This document shows, in pieces, positions 13,227 through 26,525 of a stretch of 64,000 nucleotides of DNA. The DNA is taken from contig NC_057749.1 in NCBI RefSeq assembly GCF_004010195.1, forward strand, positions 12,615,180-12,679,179, in the 5' to 3' direction. Under the pieces are notes generated by a model, which saw only the letters and a list, made by a program, of their open reading frames with translations, was not told the DNA's origin and ran no database searches. Numbering within the stretch: the stretch's first letter is position 1; every line of letters begins with the position of its first letter. The DNA is from Chiloscyllium plagiosum. Its lineage: Eukaryota. Both the position numbers and the translations under genes were made by a program.

Positions 13227-16200
13227 CAAATAGACAAGGTCCTTTCCCCAAGGTTGGGGGAGACCAGAATTAGAGGGCATAGGTTTAGGGTGAGAGGGGA
13301 AAGATATAAAAGAGACCTAAGGGACAAATGTTTCATGCAGAGAGTGTTGCATGTGTGGAATGGGCTGCCAGAGGAAGTGGTAGAGGCTAGTACAATTGCA
13401 ACATTTAAAGGGCATCTGGATGGTATATGAATAGGAAGGGTTTGGAGGGATATGGGCCGGGTGCTGGCAGGTGAGACTAGATTGGGTTGGGGATATCTGG
13501 TCAGCTTAGAGGAGTTGGACCAAATGGTCTGTTTCCGTGCTGTATATCTCGATAGCTCTACCTTGCAACTCAAATCTTCCAGTTCAGACAGCATCCTAGT
13601 AATTATTTTCTGCACTCTTTCTGGTTTAATAATATATTTTCTACAGTAAGGCAACCAGAACTGCATGCAGTACTCCAAAGGTGCCCTTACCAATGTCTTG
13701 TGCACCTGCAACAAGATGTCCCAACTCCTATTCTCAACACTCCAAGCGATGAAAGCAAGTATGCTGAAAGCCTTCTTTGTTGCCTTGTCTACTTGTGACT
13801 CCATTTTGAAAGGAGCTATGAACCAGTACCTCTAGATCGCCATTTTACAACATTCCCCAGGGCCCTACCAGTGACTGTGTAAGTCCTGCCCTGGTTTAAC
13901 CTCCCAAAATGCAATACCTTGCATTTATCTACATTAAACTCCATTTGCCATTCCTCAGCTCACTGGTCCAGTTGATCAAGATCTCAGTGTATTCCCAGAT
14001 AACTTTCTTCATTGTCCACTATAACACCAATCTTAGTGTCATTTGCAAACTTACTAACCATAGGGTAGTGTAGAAGGTAGTTAAAGGATACAGCGAGATG
14101 TAGATCATTTGCAGATATGGGCAGGGAAATGGCAGAGTTTAATCCAGGTAAATGTGAGGTGCTGCACCTTGGGAGATCCAATGTTAAGGAAAAGTACGCA
14201 GCTAATGACAGGACCCTGAAAAGCACTTATGTACAATGGGATCTTGGGGTTCAAGCCCACAGTTACCTGAAAATAGCCACGAAAAAAGTTAAGGTGGTAA
14301 AGAAGGCTTATGACATTCTTGCCTTTATTGGTCAGGGAATTGAGTACAAGAGTCAGGATGCCATGTTGCAGCTTTATAAGACTTTGGGTTATGCCTAACA
14401 GTACTGCATTCAACCTGGTCGCCACATTACAGGAAAGATGTGGAGGTAATGGAGAGGGTGCAGAAGAGTTTTACAGGATGCTGCTTGAATTAGAGGTTAT
14501 GAGCTACAAGGAGAGGCTAGAAAAACTCAGAGCAGTAAAACTGAGGGAAAACGCAATAGATGTCTGTAAATTATGAAATGCATAGAAAGGGTTGATGGTC
14601 AGAATCATTTTTCCCCAGAATTGGTATGTCTCATACCAGGGAGCATGCATTTAAGGTGAGGGGAAAGTTCAAAGGAGATGTGTGGGACAAGTTTTTTTTT
14701 ACAGCGGGTGTTAGTGGAGGCAGATATGATAGGGGTGTTTAAGAGCCTATTAGACATGCACATGAATATGCAAGGAACAGAGGGATTTGGACCAAAGGCA
14801 GGCAGAAGGGATTAATTTAACTGGGCAGCATTTTCAGCACAATATCATGGGCTAAAGTGCCCGTTCTTGTGCTGTACTGTTCTATGTTTGATGTACACTT
14901 CCTAAATTCTCATCCACATCATTTATTTAAATGACAAACAACAGTGGACCCAGCACTGATCCTTGTGGGACGCTGCTGGTCACAGGTCACCAGTTTGAAA
15001 AACAATCCTCTACCATCACCCAGTTTTCTATCATCAAGACAATTTTGTATCCAATTGGCCAACATTCCTTGGATCCTGTGAGATTTAACCTTACACAACA
15101 ACCCAGCATTTGTTATCTTGTCAAAGGCCTTCCTAAAGTCTATGAAGACAATGTCTACTGCACCGTCCTCATCTACTTCTTGGTCGCACCTTCAAAAAAT
15201 AACTCAATTAAATTCAGAGACATGATTTCCCATGCACAACATCATGCTGACTATCCCAAATGAGTCTTTGTCTCTCCCAAATGACTGTAGATCCTGTCTC
15301 TTAGAATCCCCTCTAACAATTTACGCAACACAGATGTTATTCTCACTGGTCTGTAGATCTTAGGCATTTCCTGCAACTTTTCTCACACAATAGCCGCCTT
15401 CAAATCTTCAGATACTTCACCCTTGCTGTCAATGAATAAAATATCTCTCTGGCTAGGAGCTCCACAATTTCCTGCCTAGCCTCCCACAAAGTCCTAGTAT
15501 ACACTTCATCAGGTCCTGGGGATTTATCTACCTTAATGCGTTTTAAGACTTCCAGTATCTCCTCTTCTACAATGTGGACTATTTTTATGTCACCGCTATT
15601 CACTTCCCCAAGTTCCCTAGCATGCATGCCTTTCTGAATGAAAAATATCCATTTAGGATCTTGTCCATCGTTTCTGGCTCCACATACAGACGACCTTTTT
15701 TGCCCTTCATATATTTGTAGTCTCTTTGGGTCCTCCTTTATCTTAGCTGTCAAAGCCATCTCATGTCCCCTTTTAGTGCACCTGATTTCTCTCTCAAGTG
15801 TCCTCAGACGCCCTCTATATTCCTCATGGAATTCACTTGATCTACACATGTCATTTGCCTCCTTTTTTTATGATCAGAGCCTCAATAACTCTGGTCATCC
15901 AGGGTTACCTACTCCTGCTAGTCTTATCCTTTACTCTAACAGGAACATGCTTGGCCCTGAAACCTCACCAGCTCACTTTTGAAAACTTTCCATTTACCAG
16001 ACATTCCTTTGCCTGCAAACAGCCTCCCCAAATCAATTTTGAATGTTCCTGTCTAAGACCATCAATGCTGGCCTTGTCCCAATTTTGAACTTTAACCTGT
16101 GGACCAGACCTATCCTTTTTCATGGCAATGTTAAAGCTAATGGAATTATGCTCATTGATCCCAAAGTGCTCCCCTACTAACACTTCCGTCACTACCCCTG

Positions 16201-16415
16201 CCTCAGTTGACAAGAGGGGGTCAAGTTTTGCTGTAGTACGGCCATTTATATACTGCATAAGAAATTCTTTCTGAACACACTAGACAAATTTCTCTCTATC
16301 CAAGCCCCAGTTGATGCTATTGATGTTAGGCAAATTAAAATCCCTTACTATTACAACCCTGTTATTCTTGCAGCTATCTGCAATCTCCTCACTTATTTGC
16401 TTATTCTGGGGTGGG

Positions 16416-16447
<32 letters not shown>

Positions 16448-17799
16448 AGAAAGAGGGCTATTCTACAGTGCAATCAAAGTGACCTCCACTTTTTATTTCT
16501 CAGTTCTACCCATGTAAACTCAGTGGATCAGTGGACAAACCCTCAAGTTTGTTCTATTTCCATACTGCTATTATGTTTCGAACAGTCATGAGACTTTGGA
16601 ACTCTTCCTCAAAAAGCAGCGGAAGAAGAATCTTTGAATATTTTGATGGCAGAGATAAATATATTATTGATTAACAAGGCTAGTACAGGCAGAGAGAAGT
16701 ATGATTTAATTATGATCAGATTGAACGGTGAAGTAGGTTCAAAGGGCTGAGGGGCCTAGCCCAGCTCCTAATTTATATCTTTAATTCTATCACTGCCAAA
16801 TTGAACCACAGCTTTTTGTTGCTTTTCCAGAGCCTTATTAAACTACATTGTATTTAACTTCAGTTTTAAAACAACTTATAGAAGTGTAAAAGACCGTGAG
16901 AGACATGGATAGACTGAATGCATTCAGTCTTTTTCCCAAGGTGGGGAAATAGAGGACTAGGGTTTTTTTCTTTACACAGAGGATGGCACGCATAGGGAAT
17001 GAGCTGCCAGCAGACATGGTGGAGGCAGGTACATTAACAACATTTAAAAGGCATTTGGACAAAAACGTGGATCGGAAGGGTTTACAAGGATACGGGCCAA
17101 GTGCAGGGAAATGGAGTTAGCATGGGCGGATATTTTGGTCAGGATGGGCCAGCTGGGCCAAAGAGCCTGTCTTTGTGTCGTAGAACTCTATGACTCTATA
17201 TATAACACACTAGGATACTGGCAGACCAATTCAAATTCATTCAACAGTATAGCATCACAGTTTCTCTCGCCTTGACCACAATTAATTCCTTTCATACTCA
17301 GGATCAAATTCTTCCCTGCATCACATTCTTACTTAAATTTTGTTTTATACAATAAGAATCAAAACTGAAAGCAGTCCTCAAGTTATAAAAGAACAGAAAC
17401 CATAATTATAGGACAATATCCTCTGATATACTCTTTACTATTCAATATTATAATTAGATTCCAATAGTTGAACTGTGAGCATCACAACTCACTAGTACAT
17501 TGTACATTGGCCCAAAGGAACAAACCTCACGATCACCAATCCTTTTCCTGCCCAGTAGTGAACATGGATTCTGTGGGGTTACTTCTGGTATGGTTTACTT
17601 CTAGTATGGGCTGTAATCCAACACTTAATATGAATAACATAAAAGCAGTTTCTCACAGGTGAGACCACTCATCTCCTTCCCATTCTACTCTCCATTGCGT
17701 CTTCTGGAGAGAAGCTGCTCATTTTCTTCTTCTAGCTCTAGGTGTCGTGTTGTTCATAAATTATCTCAATCTCTAGTAAGAGAAAAAAACTCAAAAAGA

Positions 17800-17985
17800 A
17801 CTATAGAAGCTGGAAATCAGAAACAAAAACAAAAATTGCTAAACTCAGCAATTCTGGCAGCATCTATGGGGAGAAAGCAGAGTTAATGTTTCAGGCCCTG
17901 TTCTGTTCAAGGGTTACTGGACCTGAAATATTAACTCTGCTTTCTCTTCACTGATGTTGCCAGATCTGCTGAGAAATTTGTTTCA
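17800..17985. mobile_element. Old palindromic Penelope-like terminal remnant
   Basis: GAGAAAGCAGAGTTAATGTTTCAGG is inverted against CCTGAAATATTAACTCTGCTTTCTC. A related half copy lies at ~48370-48460. Confidence 0.5.
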
Positions 17986-18644
17986 ATTTCTAGTAGGTTT
18001 GATTCTCCCTAAATAAGTTAGAGATACTGTAAGGAAATCACCAAACATACGTATTTAGAATTTTGTACGGGAATATCTCAGAAACCCACACAAGCAACAA
18101 TATTAGGAAAGAAAACATGGTCACATAAGTAATTATTAAATAGTCTTAAAAGTAGAGCAGAGAAATCCAGGAAGGAAATTCCAGGGCTTTTGGCAGGGGA
18201 AAGCCTGGACACCAATTAAAATTCAGAGAGGATTGGAGAAGCATGGAATAATTTCTTTCCCTGGTAATTATCTCTAAAAAATTCTTAAACTAGGATTAAA
18301 CAGATAAACTCCCAACCAGCCCATCCCCATAATATGGGTCAGGTTTGGCGCACACAACCCACTTGATCAGTTCTCTAAACTGATTGGAGCAGTCAGATCA
18401 AATCAAATTCCAATAGCTAAACAAGGTTAATTGAGGGCAGGACCTGATAAAAATGCAGCTCATGGAGCCAAGTGGTTTACTCCTGCTCCTAATTTGTATG
18501 CTACCAATATTATTTCCCCCGTTTTACACTTCCTTATTAGAGCAAGTGGTTTCCCTGTATTTACCACATTAAACTCTTTGATTAGGTTACATTTCAATCC
18601 CCTAAATCACAGGGTTTATAAACCTCTAAACCAAGATAATGGAA

Positions 18645-18835
18645 AAGGAGTTTTATTGTGTATTTGACCCTGTGCTGTATCGATCCTGAAATGTTTAATT
18701 TAGACAGAGGAGAGCAAGCTTTAATCTGTAACTAACCTGATGCTTTTCCTGCCCTGGGAGTATTTTATGGGGACAAAGTTGAGGAAGTTTTACTTTCTCT
18801 ATCTGATCTAAATTATAACTTCTATCCCAAGTGTT
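18645..18835 (+). repeat. Degenerate ~65-bp tandem repeat family
   Basis: Units resemble CTTTACTCTGTATCTAACCCTGTGCTGT...CCTGGGAG..TGATGGGACAG. Related clusters at ~6185-6300 (+) and ~31450-31645 (-). Confidence 0.5.
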
Positions 18836-18952
18836 TAGTACTGCAAAAGAAAATTTTATTCCTTGCTCTAACAGCAGTCATCTTGAGTACAAAGTTCCAA
18901 TTTTTCTTTGGCAAAACAAACTTTTAAGCAGCTATGAATCGTTTCCAGTTAC

Positions 18953-19006
18953 CTTCTCAAAGTTCTTCAAATGCAAGAAGCAGACACCGAGATTGTGGCT
19001 GATCTC
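18953..19006 (-). CDS. BBS4: BBS4 coding exon (human exon 7 equivalent)
   Basis: EISHNLGVCFLHLKNFEK. 54 bp, ttag acceptor, gtaac donor. Confidence 0.94.
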
Positions 19007-19144
19007 CTAAGTGGATGCAATTAGAATAGAAGTCAAATCATATGAATAAGAATGGAGTGAAAAAAACTTTCCCTTTCTCTTACAGTTTCATAACTTGGAA
19101 CACCATCACAAAATCATTTCCATTCAAATGTCTCCTGGTTTCTA

Positions 19145-19375
<231 letters not shown>

Positions 19376-19683
19376 CTATAAGACCTTCACTGTATTAAGA
19401 TAACTCAGATGCACAACACAGAGGCAAACATTGAAAGCAGATGGTAAATGAAGCTAGGAGATTGACACAATGGTCAAAAGTTAGAGAGGTCTGAGGTAGC
19501 AAGTTGAAGGGACTGTATGGAGCTGAAGTGCTAAAGATTTTCAGGCTGGATAAGAAGGGTAGCCCCAAATGATAGGGTGGAATCTGTTGTGGCTAATGTT
19601 TGCAAGTTAAACTATAGGTAACACAATCCTACTTACTGCCTTTCATCCTACTGCTTTTCTCACACATACATACAAACACTTAC

Positions 19684-19795
19684 AGCGATCGAGCCACCTG
19701 TTTCAGGTTGTCCACATTCTGAGGATTTAGTATTGCACAGGTCTGAAAGAGCTCAAGAGACTCTTGAATTTTTCCTTCCAAACGGAATATCAAAG
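19684..19795 (-). CDS. BBS4: BBS4 coding exon (human exon 5 equivalent)
   Basis: (A)[36 protein letters not shown](L). 112 bp, ttcag acceptor, gtaag donor. Confidence 0.95.
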
Positions 19796-20435
19796 CTGAA
19801 ACAGAGTGAAAACATTTCTTGAAATTCCACAGCAGGATTTCTGTGCATCATATTAGCAGCTCACTGCAACCCCAGTTGCTGAGAAATATAGGGATGAATA
19901 CTGTACAAAAGGAACTGAGTGACCAAATGGCGAGAATTTGCTTAATTTTACTTACAGCCAAAGAATCAGTCCAATGTTTTGAGTTGAATCAGGAATAATT
20001 ACTTGAAAATGTTTTCTTGAGCAGTGGACAATTCCCAACTCACAGTAAACTCAGTAATTCTGTAAATATGGTCATCTCAGGACAGCGACAACAGACTTTG
20101 ACCATAAAAGCTTGGCTATCAAGAAGTTTGTCTTGATTGATTAATCATTTTCAGGGAACCTAAGCTACCGTCACCACACAGTCTGGCCTACACCTAATTC
20201 CAGTCCAAACCACAGAGGACACAGTTAAGACCCTGTACAGCGGTTTAGCAAATCAACTGTACAGGATAGACAATCAATGTAAGGTTTCTGGTGGTATCAA
20301 CAACAAAATTATTCATGAGTATAGTAATTTTAATAATAAACCAATAAATACATGGGAGATCAACCTGCTATCAGTCTATGGTGAAATCTGACTGATGCTG
20401 CGTTGGATGCTACTAAATAAACTAATGGTATTAGG

Positions 20436-20585
20436 AAGAAGGAGAATCGACGTTTTGGGCATAAGCCCTTCTTCAGAAATTAACATCGATTCTCCTTCTC
20501 CTTGGATGCTGCCTGACCTGCTGCGCTTTTCCAGCAACACATTTTTAAGCTCTGATCTCCAGCATCTGCAGTCCTTACTTTCTCC
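20436..20585. mobile_element. Penelope-like terminal remnant (family A) with 13-bp TSD
   Basis: Flanked by TAATGGTATTAGG / TAATGATATTAGG. Minus-strand core CTGAAGAAGGGCTTATGCCCAAAACGTC at 20449-20476. Confidence 0.6.
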
Positions 20586-22080
20586 TAATGATATTAGGGG
20601 TAAAGTACTGGTACAGACAAAGGGTTGGCAAACTGACAAATGGCAGAGTGGGGATAAAGGGATGGCAGTTGGTGACTAGTGCAGTTCTGCAGAGGTCAGC
20701 ATTGGGACCACAACTATTCACGCTATATATTAAAAGATCTAGATGAAAGAATGGAGGGCATTGCTGTTAAGTTTGCAAATGACCCAAAGATAGGCGAATG
20801 GAGAGGCAGTGTTGAGGAGGCAGAGAGGCTATAGAAGGATTTGGTCAAACTAGGAGAGTCGGCAAAGAAGTAGCAGACGGAATACAACATGCGAAATGTG
20901 AGGTTATGACCTTTGGGTAGGAAGAATATAGACTGAACATTTTCTAAATGGAGAAACATTTCAGAAATCTGAAACACAAAAGGATTTAAGATTCCTAGTT
21001 CAATGTTCCCTCAAATTTAGAGTGCAGGTCCAGTGGATCGTTAGGAAGGTAACTACAATAGTAGCATTCATTTTAAGAAATGAAAGCTACTGATGAGCTA
21101 CTGAAACTTTATAGGCTCTGATCAGGCCGCATTTAGAATATTGAGAGAAGATTTGAGCCCCATATGTTAGGAAGGACGTGTTGGTGTTGCAGGGAGTCCA
21201 GAGGAGGTTTACAAAAATGATCCCAGAATTGAAGGGCTTCTCACATGAGGAGCCACACAAAGCCATGTTGACTATCCATAACAAGTCCATTATTTTCCAA
21301 ATGCAAATAAATCCTGTACCTAAGAGTCTTCTCCAATAATTGTTCTACCACAGATACAAGGTTCACCTGTCTGTAATTTCCTGGATTATCCCTCTTGCCT
21401 TTCTTAAACAAAGGAACAACATTGGCTTATGTCATCATTATCAACAGGAGTAACGCCAGAAGACTGAAGGATAGCAAATGTTGTTTCATAGAACATAGAA
21501 CAATACAGCACAGAACAGGCCCTTCGGCCCAAGATGTTGTGCCGAACATTTGTCCTAGCTTAAGCACCCATCCATGTACCTATCCAATTGCCGCTTAAAG
21601 GTCACCAAAGATTCTGACTCTACCACTCCCACAGGCAGCGCATTCCATGCCCCCACCACTCATTATTGGCCAGTTAACCTTCATATCTCATTTTTCCTCT
21701 GCGTATTTCCTTCTTAGTAATCCTCTGTTGCTCTTTAAAAGCTTTCCAGTCCTCAGTTTTTCCACTTATCTTAGCTATGTTATACTTTTTCTCTTTTAAC
21801 TTTATATGTTTCTTTACTTCCCTCATCAGCCACGGCCGCCCATGCCTCCTCCTGGGATCTTTCTTCCTTTTAGGAATGAACTGATCCTGCAACTTCTGCA
21901 TTATACACAGAAATATCCGCCATTGTTCCTCCACGGTCATCCCTGCTAAGGTATTGCACAATTGAACTTTGGCCAGCTCCTCCCTCATAGCTCCATAGTT
22001 CCCTTTATTCAACAGAAGTACTGTCACTTCCGACTGTACCCTCTCCCTCTCAAATTGCAGATTGAAGCTTATTGCATTAT

Positions 22081-22714
22081 NNNNNNNNNNNNNNNNNNNN
22101 NNNNNNNNNNNNNNNNNNNNNNNNNNNNNNNNNNNNNNNNNNNNNNNNNNNNNNNNNNNNNNNNNNNNNNNNNNNNNNNNNNNNNNNNNNNNNNNNNNNN
22201 NNNNNNNNNNNNNNNNNNNNNNNNNNNNNNNNNNNNNNNNNNNNNNNNNNNNNNNNNNNNNNNNNNNNNNNNNNNNNNNNNNNNNNNNNNNNNNNNNNNN
22301 NNNNNNNNNNNNNNNNNNNNNNNNNNNNNNNNNNNNNNNNNNNNNNNNNNNNNNNNNNNNNNNNNNNNNNNNNNNNNNNNNNNNNNNNNNNNNNNNNNNN
22401 NNNNNNNNNNNNNNNNNNNNNNNNNNNNNNNNNNNNNNNNNNNNNNNNNNNNNNNNNNNNNNNNNNNNNNNNNNNNNNNNNNNNNNNNNNNNNNNNNNNN
22501 NNNNNNNNNNNNNNNNNNNNNNNNNNNNNNNNNNNNNNNNNNNNNNNNNNNNNNNNNNNNNNNNNNNNNNNNNNNNNNNNNNNNNNNNNNNNNNNNNNNN
22601 NNNNNNNNNNNNNNNNNNNNNNNNNNNNNNNNNNNNNNNNNNNNNNNNNNNNNNNNNNNNNNNNNNNNNNNNNNNNNNNNNNNNNNNNNNNNNNNNNNNN
22701 NNNNNNNNNNNNNN
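22081..22714. other. Assembly gap (N run)
   Basis: 634 N. Confidence 1.
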
Positions 22715-24879
22715 ACTCAATACGCAGTCTCCCACTACTGTCCTTGATCGGACCTACCCTTGTTCTCGTCATTCTCATGTTTCTCACATACGCATAAGAT
22801 GCCTTTGGGTTATCCTTGATCCTATCCGCCAAAGATTTTTCATGCCCTCTCTTAGCTCTCCTAATCCCTTTCTTCAGCTCCCTCCTGGCTATCCTGTATC
22901 CCTCCAATGCTCTGTCTGAACCTTGTTTCCTCAACCTTATGTAAGCCTCCTTCTTCCTCTTTACAAGACAGTCAATCTCCCTCGTCAACCAAGGTTCCCT
23001 CACGCGACCATTTCTTTCCTGCCTGACAGGTACATACATATCAAGGACACGTTGTATCTGTTCCTTGAAAAAGTTCCACATTTCCATGACATCCTTCCCT
23101 GACAGCCTATGCTCCCAACTTATGCTCCTCAGATCCTGTCTTACAGCATCGTAATTACCCTTCCCCCAATTGTAAAACCTACCCTGTTGCACGCACCTAT
23201 CTCTCTCCATAACCAAGGTGAAATTGTGGTCACCATCACCAAAATGTTCACCCACTAACAAGCCCATCACTTGTCCCGGTTCATTACCGAGTACCAAATC
23301 CAAAATGGCCTCCCCTCTGGTCGGACAATCTACATACTGTGTTAGAAAAGCTTCCTTAGAACATAGAACATTACAGCGCAGTACAGGCCCTTCGGCCCTC
23401 GATGTTGCACCGACCTGTCATACCAATCTGAAGTCCATCTAACCTACACTATTCCATGTATGTCCATATGCTTGTCCAATGACAACTTAAATGGACTTAA
23501 ATGTTACTTGTTTAAGAAGGGGAGCCGGGACAACCCTGGTAATTATAGGCCAGTGAGCCTTATTTAGGTTGTGGGTAAGGTATTGGAAAAGATTATAAGA
23601 GATAGGATTTATAATCATCTGGAACGGAATAATTTGATTAGGGACAGTCAACACGGTTTTGTGAAGGGTAGGTCACGCCTCACTAACCTTATCGAGTCCT
23701 TCGAGAAGGTGACGAAACAGGTGGATGAAGGTAAGCCGGTTGATGTGGTATATGTGGACTTCAGTAAAGCATTTGATAAGGTTCCACACAGTAGGCTATT
23801 ACACAAAATAAGGAGTTTCGGGATTGAAGGTGATTTAGCAGTTTGGATCAGAAATTGACTAGCTGAAAGAAGGTGGTTGTTGATGGGAAATGTTCATCAT
23901 GGAGCTTAGTTCTGCATGATGTGCTGCAAGGATCTGTTTTGGGGCCACTGCTGTTTGTAGAAATGATCCAGAGGTGGGCATAAAAGGATGGGTTAGCAAA
24001 ACTTGCAGATGACACTAAGGTAGGCAGAGTTGTGGATAGTGCCGAAGGATGTTGTGGGTTACAGAGAGAGACATAGATAAGATACAGAGCTGGGCTGAGA
24101 AGTGGCAAATAGAGTTAATGCAGAAAAGTGCGACGTTGTTCACTTCGGAAGAAGTAACAGGAATGCAGAGTATTGGGCTAATGGCAAAGTTCTGGGCAGT
24201 GTAGATGAATAGAGAGATCTCAGTGTCCAGGTACAAAGATCCCTGAAAGTTGCCACCCAGGTTGATAGGGTCGTTAAGAAGGCATATGGTGTGTTGGTGT
24301 TTAGTAGTAAGAGGATTGAGTATCGGAGCCACGAGGTCATGCTTCAGCTGTACAAGACACTGGTCAGTGCACCACCACCAATTTCACATGCTCTTATTTC
24401 ACATTATGCAATTTCTTCAGCTAGAGTGTGGCAAATCTGTGGAACTTAATGCTATGGAAACCAAGTTACTGAATGTATTTAAGACAACAGAAAACTGAAC
24501 ACCACCTCTCTTTCCGGAGATCCAAATCTTTACTGACAAGCTGTCCAGGTACCAGAGAGTTGTCACCAGGCTGATAAGCTTTGACATCCACAACAGGTCA
24601 CAATTCTACAAACCAATCAACTATTTGTTGCTGGCCAAATCTCACTTTTACATATGTGCCATCTCCTTTTATTCCTTCTGCACTACTTTCAAAGCTGGAG
24701 TGTAAACAACCCACAAAGATTTTCAGAGACTTTTTTAAAACAGGTAGAGCAATTTTTTCTCTAGTCCTTTGTTGTCAACAGTCCTTTTCCTAATTCAGTC
24801 TACAATCAAAACTAAAATAGCAGCAGAGATGTGGAGAAACAGATTGGGAAACAGATTTTGGAAAGGTGCAGAAGCCAGT

Positions 24880-26310
24880 TGGAAGTGACAGGATGTGCAG
24901 CTCCCATCTATTTACAGCTCCATATCTCCACTGTGCCTTGACAAGGGGTGCCATGGATGTGAAAATCACTGCGATGTAGAGATGTAAATGGAAATAGTTT
25001 AAATACCAATAGTTCTGATTAGGGCGAGTATTACACCAGTATTTAAAGTTGAAATACCTGAGATAATATCCAATGAGGTTTCGTGAATGGTGCAAAGTAA
25101 ATAAAGGGGGATGGTAATGTTATAGTGGTTGCACTATAATCAATATTGTGAATTAGAGGAACAAATATGCAGGGGGACTGGGTAGACTTGCATTAACAAT
25201 AGGGTTGTTATAATAGGTGATTTCAATTTTCCTAACATAGACAGGGGCTTCCAGATGGTTAAGAACTTAGATGGAACGTAATTTGTTAAGTGTGTTCAGC
25301 GAGGCTTCCACAATCAATATATAGAGTATCGTACTCGGGAAGGGACAAACTTCCACTACTGATGGGAAATGGGGCAGGATAGGTGAAGGAGGTAAAGTGG
25401 GGGAACATTTTGGTAAAAGTGATTAGAGTTGTATTAATTTTAAAATAGTTATGGTAGGGACAAAATTATTCCACAGATTCAAATTCTAAATTGGGGCAAG
25501 GCGTATGTTGTTGGAGTTACTCAGGAGATTGCAGGGGATGATTTGAGTTGTTTGATTCCAGGTAAAAGGATCTCGGGCAAGTGGGAGGGATTTAAAAGTG
25601 AGATAGCTCGAGTTCCAGGTTTCCATTTTCCTGTGAGGGTGAAGGTTATGTGAGACTGGAAGAGAGAACCCTGGATGTTAAGACATATTGAGGCTTTGAC
25701 CAGAAACAAGGAGGCGTGGCTCATGTTCAGGCAGCTCGTATCAAGGGAATCCCTGGAGGTATACAGGGGATAGAGGAGTTTACTGAAGAAGGAAAGCAGC
25801 AAGGCCATAAGGGGGTATGAGGTAGTCTTGGCTGAGAAGATTAGAGTGAATCCAAATTCAGCATAGTAAAGATAAAGAGCAACTAGAGAGAGAATAGGAT
25901 GCTTTAAAATCCAAAACCGGCATGCATGCGTAAAACCTCAAGAGATGGATGAAGTCCTCAATTTCCCCTCTGTGTTTATCACGAAGAAAGACATGAAGAT
26001 CTGTGACCTTTAGGAGGTTAGTGGTCATATCTTGGTACTGTCCATATCACAGTAGAGTTGTTGTTGGACATATTAGAATACACAAAGTCAGACAAATCTC
26101 TTGGACCTGACCAGATATATCTAAGAGGACTGTAAGAGGCGAGAGAAAAAGGCTTAGGGACCAAAATCCGGGAAGACTGGGCGGTAGCAAATGTAATACC
26201 CTTATTCAAGAAGGGCTGCAAAGAAAAGCCTAGGAAATATAGACCAGTCAGCTTCACACCTGTTTTCGGCAAACCACTTGAGAAGGTTCTGAGAGATAAG
26301 ATGTGCATGC
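24880..26310 (+). mobile_element. Decayed CR1 LINE ORF2 fragment
   Basis: IGDFNFPNID APE motif through PLFKKG...YRPVSFT. Confidence 0.8.
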
Positions 26311-26311
26311 T

Positions 26312-26525
26312 ATGGTTCTGTTCGCTGAGCTGGAAGTTTTTGTTGCAAACGTTTCGTCCCCTGTCTAGGTGACATCCTCAGTGCTTGGGAGCCTCCTGTG
26401 AAGCGCTTCTGTGATGTTTCCTCCGGCATTTATAGTGGCCTGTCCCTGCCGCTTCCGGATGTCAGTCTCAGCTGTCCGCTGTAGTGGCCGGTATATTGGG
26501 TCCAGGTCTATGTGTTTGTTGATGG
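26312..26525 (-). mobile_element. Penelope-like terminal repeat (family B)
   Basis: Homologous to ~12970-13215 on the opposite strand. Confidence 0.7.
26345..26384 (-). ncRNA. Minimal type I hammerhead ribozyme
   Basis: GCA-CTGAGGA-T-GTCACC-TAGACA-GGGGAC-GAAA-CGTT-TGC: intact core, 5/6-bp stem II and GCA/TGC stem I. Confidence 0.65.

Larger units (their letters stand above)
11478..17200. mobile_element. Patchwork of CR1 LINE fragments on both strands
   Basis: Several RT fragments (QGSVLGP, FADDTK, WQMEFN) and 3' ends in alternating orientation. Confidence 0.85.
20380..24370. mobile_element. Cluster of CR1 LINE fragments spanning an assembly gap
   Basis: APE/linker ORFs on the minus strand on either side of the gap. 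Plus-strand RT at 23500-24370 (QHGFVKGRS, DFSKAFDKV). Confidence 0.85.

Noticed and set aside
16408..16448. Poly-glycine ORFs / G-run
   Set aside because: A homopolymer G tract at the edge of a CR1 fragment, possibly a sequencing artefact. No coding evidence.
21674..23303. Long ORFs of 241-408 aa in the ORF track
   Set aside because: Artefacts of reading through 634 N. The flanks are two different CR1 copies covering overlapping parts of ORF2.
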